Origin: Sphingomonadales bacterium
GTDB taxonomy: Bacteria; Bacteroidota; Bacteroidia; NS11-12g; UBA955
Assembly: GCA_016872175.1 (NCBI GenBank)
Contig: VHBA01000006.1
Span: 5,042 to 69,041 of the forward strand
Reading direction: 5' to 3'
DNA: 64,000 bases
Shown here: piece after piece, positions 56,971 to 64,000 of the stretch
Position numbering within the stretch: position 1 is the first letter of the stretch
Layout: the number at the start of each line of letters is the position of its first letter
Notes under the pieces: generated by a model
Database searches by the model: none
What the model was told of the DNA's origin: nothing
Seen by the model: only the letters and a program-made list of their open reading frames with translations
Program-made: the position numbers and the translations under genes

Positions 56971-57010
56971 ATAAAAAAAGGCAACTTTCAAAAGAAAAGT
57001 TGCCTTTTTG
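56971..57010 (-). terminator. rho-independent terminator after the CBM-like protein gene
   Basis: AAGGCAACTTT (56978-56988) / AAAGTTGCCTT (56996-57006), an 11-bp stem with a 7-nt loop, flanked by A/T runs on both sides (bidirectional shape). Confidence 0.65.
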
Positions 57011-57025
57011 TAGGGGAAATATCAA

Positions 57026-58330
57026 TTATTCAAACACGAGGGTTGAAGTGGCAGTTGAGCCGTCTGCAGCGGTAACTTTCACGAAGTAAGTTCCAGCAGC
57101 GTGCTTCATGATAGTGCCATAATTTACGCCTGCGGCGAAATTATTTTTAGCAACTACTTTTCCTGAAATATCCATCAACTCTATTGCATGTGCTACATTT
57201 TTGTTAGTAAATGAAATATTGGCAGATGCTGTAGCAGGGTTAGGATAAATACCTTTGAAAACATTGTTTGATTTTTTGATGCCGGTAGTAGGTAGTTTGT
57301 ACACAACACAGCTGTCGTATTTGTATATATCAACAACAACATCAGCAGTTGCGCTGCTCAGATCAATGTTGCGGTTAAAGCCACCTAGTCCGTTGTCAGA
57401 TCCGCATCCGCCGGTTTTGAAATCGCCTTTTTCACCGTCGGGATCACCGCCACGGCCGTTGAAGTATTTGTATGCATAGTTACCGGGAGACATGCTAACA
57501 GTCAGTTCATATACATCATTCTTGTCAGCGTCGGTGAGGCGCAGGGTATCCTTGCTCCAGTTGCAGAGAGATTTACCTGAAACGGCATCCATGAAGTCAC
57601 CTGCAATGTAGAGACCGGAAGAATTCACGATTACGTCACCCATGTAAACACGGAAAGTAACATTGATTGGCGTGGTGAGTGCAGGAATGCTGTAAGAAAC
57701 ACTTCCTGAAACAGCGCCACCTACAGCTACCGTGAACTGGCGGTTAGGACCTACAAGTTTCCATCCGCACTGGTTTTCGATGCCCCATTCGAAGCTACCT
57801 TCTTCCACGTCGGTTTTCAGGGTCCATACTTTGTCGCCTGCAGTGGTGTCACCATTGGTTCCATCATCAAACATGTCTTTGCTTGACCAACCGAACATAG
57901 CACCTTTCAGTTTTACGCCGCTTTCTTTTTTGGCAAGGTCACGCACGGTGAATACAACGGGGTGCATGGGCTTGGTTTTTGGAATCACGATTTCAGCCTG
58001 TCCGGAAACAGCACCTGAGGCAACAGTAAATTTGTAGTTTGCAACACCGGGAGTCAGCCAAGCACCATCCTGGTCTACGGCACCCCATTCATAAGTACCA
58101 TCTGCAACTCCGGCTACTTTTAGAGACCAAATATTGTCTTTGGCAGTAGCATCACCATTGGTTCCGTCGTCATACGCCGAAACTTCGGTCCAGCTATTGA
58201 ACTGGCCTTTGAATTTGATAGCGGTTTTGGTTTTGTTGTTACGATCGTCGACCTTAAGCGTTACATCCGCTTGTGCATAAAGGCCCGCTGTTGCCGAAAA
58301 TGCAAGAATGGTCAGGTAGTTTTTAATCAT
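57026..58330 (-). CDS. surface protein with tandem CBM-like (starch-binding-type) beta-sandwich domains and T9SS type-A C-terminal domain
   Basis: Two clearly related modules (FKGQFNSWTEVSAYDDGTNGDATAKDNIWSLKV..GTYEWG and LKGAMFGWSSKDMFDDGTNGDTTAGDKVWTLKT..GSFEWG) plus a third CBM20-like one (GLYIAGDF...YELTV..GNYAYKY). C-terminal IYPNPATASANISF...GTYFVKV tail. Confidence 0.6.
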   Translation of the reverse strand: MIKNYLTILAFSATAGLYAQADVTLKVDDRNNKTKTAIKFKGQFNSWTEVSAYDDGTNGDATAKDNIWSLKVAGVADGTYEWGAVDQDGAWLTPGVANYKFTVASGAVSGQAEIVIPKTKPMHPVVFTVRDLAKKESGVKLKGAMFGWSSKDMFDDGTNGDTTAGDKVWTLKTDVEEGSFEWGIENQCGWKLVGPNRQFTVAVGGAVSGSVSYSIPALTTPINVTFRVYMGDVIVNSSGLYIAGDFMDAVSGKSLCNWSKDTLRLTDADKNDVYELTVSMSPGNYAYKYFNGRGGDPDGEKGDFKTGGCGSDNGLGGFNRNIDLSSATADVVVDIYKYDSCVVYKLPTTGIKKSNNVFKGIYPNPATASANISFTNKNVAHAIELMDISGKVVAKNNFAAGVNYGTIMKHAAGTYFVKVTAADGSTATSTLVFE

Positions 58331-58374
58331 GTTGGTTTGATAGTTTAGTTCTAGTAGCAAAAATAAAAATTAAT

Positions 58375-58393
58375 AAGTGTATTTCGGACACTT
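58375..58393. promoter_or_regulatory. candidate NrtR-type operator AAGTGT-N7-ACACTT
   Basis: Palindrome in the 103-bp divergent region between the CBM-like gene and the periplasmic GH13 gene. Confidence 0.45.
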
Positions 58394-58433
58394 TCAAATA
58401 ATTTTTTTTTCTTTGTTGAGGTAATTTTAACAA

Positions 58434-60272
58434 ATGATGAAGTTTTTTCTCCGGAGGTTAAGTTTTGTTATCCTACTTATCTCTATGTTTAGTGCAGCTG
58501 CTTTGGCTCAGCACATCAATCGTTGTGACCCTCCATTTTGGTATAAAAACATGGGGCAGTACAAGTTGCAATTGCTTCTGTATGGAGATTCTGTACATCT
58601 GGTGAAAATCAAAATCAAAGGCGGACCTCGATTTCTTAGGGAATCTACTGGCATCAATCCAGGCTACAGAATTATTTATGTTTCCATCAAACCTGGACAG
58701 GGGGATTTTACCATTGAAACTTACCTGAATGGACGAAAATGCAAATTTCGCTATGCTGTAAAGGAAAAACCACAACCCGGGGCCATGATAAGTGCAGCAG
58801 ACCGAATGTATTTGCTGATGCCCGATCGATTTGCCGACGGCAATGATAGCAATGACAACGTTGCCGGAATGCTGGAAAGGTCTGACAGGAGCGCATTGCA
58901 TGGCCGACATGGCGGCGATATTGCCGGTATTTCAAATAATCTGGAGCATATAAAAAATCTGGGGTTTAATGCCCTTTGGATGACGCCACTGCTCGAGAAC
59001 AACCAGCCCTCGCAGAGCTACCATGGATATGCCTGCACCGACCATTATCGAATAGATCCGCGGTTTGGCACCATGGAAGAATACCTGAAACTGGCGGAAA
59101 AATCCCGTAACATGGGCATTAAATGGGTACCCGATGTGGTTTACAATCATGTTGGCAATGAGCATCCTTTATATAAAAAATTGATTTCCAAAGACTGGTT
59201 TCATTTTCGTGATACTTTTTTTCGCAGCAATTACCGTGTAGCGGCTTTGAGCGATCCTTATGCAGCACCATCTGAACTAAAAACCATGTTAGAGGGATGG
59301 TTTGATCACCACATGCCCGATTTGGATCAAAACAATCCGGATGTGCAGTGTTACCTGATTCAAAATACGATGTGGTGGGTAGCTGCTACATCGTCTTCAG
59401 GTTTGCGTGTAGATACCTATCCCTATTCGGCTTCCGGGTTCCTCCAGCAACTAAATATTGACCTGAAAAAGGCATTTCCCAGTTTGTTTGTGTTTGGTGA
59501 AACATGGGAACACACCCTGGCGGCACAGTCGGTTTTTGCACCCAATAAACGCTCCCGAACAATCGGCTTGCCGGATGCGGTGACGGATTTTCAATTCTGT
59601 TTCGGTTTGCATCAGGCACTGAATGAGCCGTTTGGCTGGAATACAGGCCTCAGTCGTTTGTATTATCTCATGGCCTCGGATTATGTGTATCAACGGCCTG
59701 AAATGCTGGTAACCTTTGCCGATAATCATGACCTAAACCGCATGCACGCTACATTTGGGAAAAACATATCCAAAACCAAAATGGCACTGGGTCTCATGTA
59801 TATGTGCCGTGGCATTCCATGCGTATTTTATGGCACCGAATGGCTTATGACCGATACAGGAGCGCACGGAGCGATACGAAGGGATGCACCGGGTGGCTGG
59901 AAGGATGATTCCAAAAATGGATTTTCGAACGACGGGCTAAGTACAGAGCAACGGGAAATGTTTGATTACATCAAAAGCCTGGCCGGAATACGGGAACGTT
60001 TTGCAGCATTGTTTGCGTATGGCCACCGTACGCAGTACATTCCCAATAATGGCATGTATACTTTCTTTATTGAGGGTGAAAGGGATGTAATCGGTGTGTT
60101 TGTGAACCAGTCTGATAAACCGCAACAAATAGACACCAGGCGCTATCCTGATATTAAAGCTGTTTGGACAGAAGGTGCTGTATTACTAAATCCTGAAACC
60201 AAGGGTTTGCAGGTGCCTTCTGTAGATGCTATGGGTATTTCGGTGGTGTATTATCCCAAGGGGGGTAAATAG
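58434..60272 (+). CDS. GH13 cyclomaltodextrinase/neopullulanase-like enzyme (SusA-like) with signal peptide
   Basis: N-terminal cyclomaltodextrinase-N-like domain, then LLMPDRFADG, HGGDIAGI, NALWMTPL, DVVYNHVG and FADNHD GH13 motifs. Confidence 0.85.
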   Translation: MMKFFLRRLSFVILLISMFSAAALAQHINRCDPPFWYKNMGQYKLQLLLYGDSVHLVKIKIKGGPRFLRESTGINPGYRIIYVSIKPGQGDFTIETYLNGRKCKFRYAVKEKPQPGAMISAADRMYLLMPDRFADGNDSNDNVAGMLERSDRSALHGRHGGDIAGISNNLEHIKNLGFNALWMTPLLENNQPSQSYHGYACTDHYRIDPRFGTMEEYLKLAEKSRNMGIKWVPDVVYNHVGNEHPLYKKLISKDWFHFRDTFFRSNYRVAALSDPYAAPSELKTMLEGWFDHHMPDLDQNNPDVQCYLIQNTMWWVAATSSSGLRVDTYPYSASGFLQQLNIDLKKAFPSLFVFGETWEHTLAAQSVFAPNKRSRTIGLPDAVTDFQFCFGLHQALNEPFGWNTGLSRLYYLMASDYVYQRPEMLVTFADNHDLNRMHATFGKNISKTKMALGLMYMCRGIPCVFYGTEWLMTDTGAHGAIRRDAPGGWKDDSKNGFSNDGLSTEQREMFDYIKSLAGIRERFAALFAYGHRTQYIPNNGMYTFFIEGERDVIGVFVNQSDKPQQIDTRRYPDIKAVWTEGAVLLNPETKGLQVPSVDAMGISVVYYPKGGK

Positions 60273-60470
60273 TTTATTGGTTTAATTGTTTAATGGTACA
60301 TGTCACCCTGAACTTGTCGAAGAGTGTCCCGTCCTGAAAAAGGTTGATGTTTTGATTAATGAATAATGAAATAATGAAGGAGTGTTTTGGGGTAATTATG
60401 TCGTTTTGCTGTAAAAAGCCGGAAACACCCTGCTATTCAACCAATAAACGAATAAACGAATAAACCCGCA

Positions 60471-61802
60471 TCACTTCACTTTGATCAATTTTCCATCATT
60501 TACATATATCATGGAAACGGCGGCCAGAAGCATCATTAACCCTCCTGTAACCAGTGCATATACGGCTTGATTGTCAAACAAGTATTTAACCATGGGACCG
60601 GCCAGTAAAGCACTTACTATTTGTGGTATGGTAATGAAGAAGTTGAATATGCCCATGTAAATACCCATCTTTCCTGCCGGAATGCTGCTTGCCAGAATGG
60701 CGTAGGGCATGGCAAGAATGCTGGCCCAGGCCATTCCTACCCCTATCATACTGTAAACAAGCATGGTTGGATTGGTAATAAAGAACATAGAAATTAGACC
60801 AATGCCACCACAAACCAATGAAAAGGCATGGGTTTGTTTTCGCCCTATCTTTCTTACGATTGTTGGCAAAATCAATGCATAAATAGCACTCACACCGTTA
60901 TAGATGCCAAATAATATCCCAACCCAGTCGCCGGCTTTGCCTAGCACTTCCGCATTGGTCTCGTCATATCCAAATGCATTGTCGGCCACAGCCCTGGTGG
61001 TATAAACCCACATACAAAACAGCCCAAACCAGCTAAAGAATTGCACAAGCCCCAATTGCAGCATGGCTTTGGGCATTCTGCCAAAATCTCTGAAAATCTC
61101 AGATAGGCCGGCTTTTTCATCTTCCTTGCTTTCACCATGATACCGTGCATACGTTTCGGGGTCATATTCTTTGGCAAAAAGAACAGTAACCAAAATGCAG
61201 GCCAGGAAAAAAGCAGCACCTATGTAGAAGGAATAGACAACGTTATCTGCTACCAATCCTTTTTGGGCTTGATTGCTTACGTGAAACAAATTGGTCATCA
61301 TCCATGGGAGCCAGCTGCCCAGCACTGCCCCGATGCCAATCAGGAAGGTTTGAATGCTGAATCCCAGGGTTCGTTGCTCATCACTGAGATTATCTGCCAC
61401 CAGTGCACGGAAGGGTTCCATGGCCACATTGATACTGGCATCCATCAGGGCCAGAAAGACAGCACCGAACAACAAGGCCGATTTTCCTGCAAACCAGGCC
61501 GCACTGTTGGGCAGCATCACAATGGCAATACAACAAAGCAGGGTACCTGCCAAAAAGTAGGGTTTTCTTCTGCCCAGGGGTGTCCAGGTTTTGTCGCTGA
61601 AATAGCCAATCAGGGGTTGCACCAGCATACCGGTTAGCGGAGCCACCAGCCAAAACCAGCTGAGTTCTTCCACTTTGGCACCAAAATCTTCAAGAATGCG
61701 GCTTGCATTGCCGTTTTGCAGTCCGAAACCGCACTGAATACCCATGAAGCCAAAGCTCATCCATGTGATTTGTGCAGCCGTAAGTCTGGGTTTCTTTTCC
61801 AT
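60471..61802 (-). CDS. MFS sugar transporter (SLC45/GPH-like; maltose/maltodextrin candidate)
   Basis: 12-TM protein. The N-terminus ...MSFGFMGIQCGFGLQNGNASRI...GYFSDKTWTPLGRRKPY is characteristic of SLC45-type symporters found in Bacteroidota starch loci. Confidence 0.8.
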   Translation of the reverse strand: MEKKPRLTAAQITWMSFGFMGIQCGFGLQNGNASRILEDFGAKVEELSWFWLVAPLTGMLVQPLIGYFSDKTWTPLGRRKPYFLAGTLLCCIAIVMLPNSAAWFAGKSALLFGAVFLALMDASINVAMEPFRALVADNLSDEQRTLGFSIQTFLIGIGAVLGSWLPWMMTNLFHVSNQAQKGLVADNVVYSFYIGAAFFLACILVTVLFAKEYDPETYARYHGESKEDEKAGLSEIFRDFGRMPKAMLQLGLVQFFSWFGLFCMWVYTTRAVADNAFGYDETNAEVLGKAGDWVGILFGIYNGVSAIYALILPTIVRKIGRKQTHAFSLVCGGIGLISMFFITNPTMLVYSMIGVGMAWASILAMPYAILASSIPAGKMGIYMGIFNFFITIPQIVSALLAGPMVKYLFDNQAVYALVTGGLMMLLAAVSMIYVNDGKLIKVK

Positions 61803-61835
61803 AAGGTTAGAGCCGCAATCTACGGAATTAGGGGC

Positions 61836-61856
61836 ATAGTGTCAAATAAACACTAT
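61836..61856. promoter_or_regulatory. candidate NrtR-type operator ATAGTGT-N7-ACACTAT
   Basis: Perfect 7-bp arms. Lies 34 nt upstream of the MFS transporter start. Confidence 0.5.
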
Positions 61857-61865
61857 TAGACGGCA

Positions 61866-62576
61866 TCACATCTGGTGAAACAGCGATTTATCGAAGCGGT
61901 AGAGTCCGGCAGGTTTATGGGCAACTCCCTGCTGTTTTTCATTCAACGGAACGATAAAATAAGTGCGCAGGATTTTGCGTCGGAAGTTTCGTTTATCAAA
62001 TTTATCATCCAGTATAGCCTCATACAATTTTTGCAACTGGGCCAAGGTAAATCTGTCCGGGAGCAATTCATATCCCAGTGGCTTAATATAGATTTTTTGT
62101 TTGAGGTGGTCGAGGGCTTTTTCCAGGATGTCGTTATGGTCGAAACCCAGCTGGGGAACATCTTTCACCTTCACCCAAACTGCATTGCGCGCAAAGCTGG
62201 AAGGAGTAAGGTTAAACCTTTCTTTGTTAATCAATGAAGTGTAAGCAACCGTAATTACCCGTGCTTCCGGATGGGCACGGATGCTTCTCAGCCAGTCCTG
62301 GTCATGTTTTTTGCTGATTCGGTCTGGATCGCCGAAGGTGTATACCTGTTCCAGAAAGATGTTTTCAAGTCCGGTTAATTCAGTTAAAACACGCTCTGCG
62401 GCGCAATCCAGCGTTTCATCTTCATAAATAAGATTGCCCGGCAAAGCTTTGATTTCATCTACCTTGTCGGTATTCCCTGCCGAGCGCTCAATCAGCAATA
62501 CTTCCAGCTCCTGATTGTTAAAACTAAAAATAACACAATCTACAGAAACATTGGGGTTGATGGCATGTTGGGGCAT
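61866..62576 (-). CDS. NrtR-family transcriptional regulator (degenerate Nudix domain + C-terminal winged helix)
   Basis: The Nudix box is degenerate (GNLIYEDETLDCAAERVLTELTGL versus GX5EX7REUXEEXGU). C-terminal FTLAQLQKLYEAIL...FRRKIL...YRFD winged-helix pattern. Start trimmed to MPQHAINP. Confidence 0.7.
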   Translation of the reverse strand: MPQHAINPNVSVDCVIFSFNNQELEVLLIERSAGNTDKVDEIKALPGNLIYEDETLDCAAERVLTELTGLENIFLEQVYTFGDPDRISKKHDQDWLRSIRAHPEARVITVAYTSLINKERFNLTPSSFARNAVWVKVKDVPQLGFDHNDILEKALDHLKQKIYIKPLGYELLPDRFTLAQLQKLYEAILDDKFDKRNFRRKILRTYFIVPLNEKQQGVAHKPAGLYRFDKSLFHQM

Positions 62577-62651
62577 AGCAAATATAGGGCTCACAAATAT
62601 AGTAATTTTGGCCTTTTTTATGCTAATATTAAACAAGCTTCTGTTGGCAAT

Positions 62652-62666
62652 GTGTAATAATTACAC
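62652..62666. promoter_or_regulatory. candidate NrtR-type operator GTGTAAT-A-ATTACAC (GTGT-N7-ACAC), abutting a TAAGTTTG -7 box
   Basis: 15-bp perfect palindrome between the regulator gene and the kinase-pgmB operon. TAAGTTTG (TAnnTTTG) lies at 62667-62674. Confidence 0.5.
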
Positions 62667-62695
62667 TAAGTTTGCAGTTGTACTGTGCTGAAAAA

Positions 62696-63568
62696 ATGAT
62701 TATTGTAGCTGAAAGTGGTTCGACCAAATGTGATTGGCTGATTAGCAATCAGGCCGGAGCTTTTCTGGAAACCCACACCATGGGATTCAATCCGTTTTTT
62801 CATCAACCTGACGAGATATTAACACACCTGCGTGCAAATGAAGAATTGACCAAGGCGGCACATCAGGCGAGTGCAGTTTATTTTTACGGAGCCGGATGTT
62901 CAAGTGCTGATAGAAATGAAGTAATTTTAACAGCACTCAGGCAGTTTTTTACTGTTGCACATTGCGAGGTAAACCATGATTTAAATGCTTCTGCATTTGC
63001 CACCTGGGATGGAAGACCGGCCATCACCTGTATAATTGGCACCGGTAGCAACAGCTGTTATTATGACGGGAACAAGGTTTCAGAGCAGGTTCCGGCCTTG
63101 GGTTATATTTTGGGTGATGAGGGCAGTGGATCTTATTTTGGTAGGAAAATAGTCTCTGATTATTTGTACAAGAGATTGCCGTCTGAACTTCAGACTGCTT
63201 TTTATGAGCAATACAAACTGCAGAAGGAAGAGATATTTCATCAAGTTTACAATACCAATAAAGCCAATGTGTTTCTGGCATCTTTTATGCGGTTTATTGT
63301 TCCTCACAAGGATCACACCTATATGAGGGAATTGGTATATGAAGGGCTTTCCCATTTTGCAGAAATTCATATTTGTTGTTTCCCAGATTATCGTGAGGTT
63401 CCGGTTCATTTTGTAGGTTCAGTGGCATTTTATTTTACAGAAATTTTGCAACAGGTGGCCGAAGAGAAAGGATTTACCCTTGGTAAAATAGATAAAAATC
63501 CGGGCATGTCTTTGCTCAAATACCACCTGGCCAAGGAGGAAGTTCACGGCAACGCTGACAAGGCATGA
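62696..63568 (+). CDS. BadF/BadG/BcrA/BcrD-type ATPase (N-acetylglucosamine-kinase-like sugar kinase)
   Basis: MIIVAESGSTKCDW (phosphate-1-like motif), IIGTGSNSC, GYILGDEGSG. Start trimmed to the ATG at 62696. Confidence 0.72.
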   Translation: MIIVAESGSTKCDWLISNQAGAFLETHTMGFNPFFHQPDEILTHLRANEELTKAAHQASAVYFYGAGCSSADRNEVILTALRQFFTVAHCEVNHDLNASAFATWDGRPAITCIIGTGSNSCYYDGNKVSEQVPALGYILGDEGSGSYFGRKIVSDYLYKRLPSELQTAFYEQYKLQKEEIFHQVYNTNKANVFLASFMRFIVPHKDHTYMRELVYEGLSHFAEIHICCFPDYREVPVHFVGSVAFYFTEILQQVAEEKGFTLGKIDKNPGMSLLKYHLAKEEVHGNADKA

Positions 63569-64000
63569 TTCAAGGTGTAATTTTCGACCTGGATGGGGTG
63601 TTAACAGACACAGCAGTTTATCACTATCAGTCTTGGAGAAACATTGCATCAGGTGTGGGTTTTGACCTAACAGAAAGCCATAATGAGCAGCTGAAAGGCG
63701 TAAGCAGGGCAGAAAGTCTGGATATAATACTCAACTGGGCAGGGGCGGAGCGCAGCGTAGAAGAAAAAGCCCTGTTGCTTACTGAAAAGAATAATCATTA
63801 TCTAACACTGATAGCTTCTTTGAGTACCGCCGATATTTTGCCCGGCGTGGTGGATTTTCTCAGTAATATAAGATCAGGCGGATTGAAAACCGCAGTAGGC
63901 AGTAGTTCTAAAAACGCTGTGTTCATATTGGATAAACTTCAGCTGACCGGTTACTTCGATGCCATTGTGGATGGCAATATGGTAAAACAAACAAAGCCCG
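63565..64000 (+). CDS. pgmB: beta-phosphoglucomutase (HAD superfamily), partial (runs off right edge)
   Basis: My translation: MIQGVIFDLDGVLTDTAVYHYQSWRNIA...NEQLKGVSRAESLDIIL...GSSSKNA. ATGA overlap with the preceding stop. Not in the ORF track because it has no stop in the window. Confidence 0.85.
   Translation, partial: MIQGVIFDLDGVLTDTAVYHYQSWRNIASGVGFDLTESHNEQLKGVSRAESLDIILNWAGAERSVEEKALLLTEKNNHYLTLIASLSTADILPGVVDFLSNIRSGGLKTAVGSSSKNAVFILDKLQLTGYFDAIVDGNMVKQTKP

Noticed and set aside
60443-60466. Short tandem repeats (AATAAACG x3; also ATAATGAA x2 and the 12-bp x2 at 25706-25729) as a possible CRISPR array
   Set aside because: The repeat units are 8-12 bp and directly abutting, with no spacers. 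There are no cas genes. This is not a CRISPR array.

Overview
This window looks like a chromosomal segment of a Bacteroidota genome. Supporting signs are the GENNYALAA tmRNA tag, TAnnTTTG-type -7 promoter boxes, and five proteins carrying T9SS C-terminal sorting domains. Most of it is housekeeping: S41 peptidase, tRNA-Arg(CCG), selD, pdhB, glyA, maf, hbd, queA, ssrA, fabD, an ABC-F ATPase, an acyl-CoA carboxyltransferase, rsmI, lnt and ftsH. There are three accessory or functional modules. (1) A tightly packed envelope-glycan block (MOP flippase, YfhO-like protein, GT2, methyltransferase, S8 peptidase) sits next to a 2427-aa PKD-rich T9SS type-B adhesin. (2) A roughly 6 kb AT-rich island is inserted at the 3' end of ssrA. 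It is bracketed by a 46-bp perfect (79/84 imperfect) direct repeat that duplicates the last 18 nt of tmRNA plus its terminator. I found no integrase in it. It holds one intact GmrSD-type (DUF262/DUF1524) enzyme surrounded by gene fragments and small orphan ORFs. The fragments are an MmeI-like methyltransferase C-terminus, a GHKL ATPase N-terminus, a CAP-domain gene with an in-frame TGA, and a MORN/YwqK remnant. (3) A starch/maltodextrin locus has no SusC/SusD in view. It contains two GH13 enzymes, a tandem CBM-like protein, an SLC45-type MFS transporter, a kinase-like protein and pgmB. An NrtR-type Nudix regulator is encoded in it, and I found three GTGT-N7-ACAC palindromes in its intergenic regions. 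No CRISPR array, rRNA or transposase was seen. All calls rest on reading the sequence and ORF translations; no database search was run.
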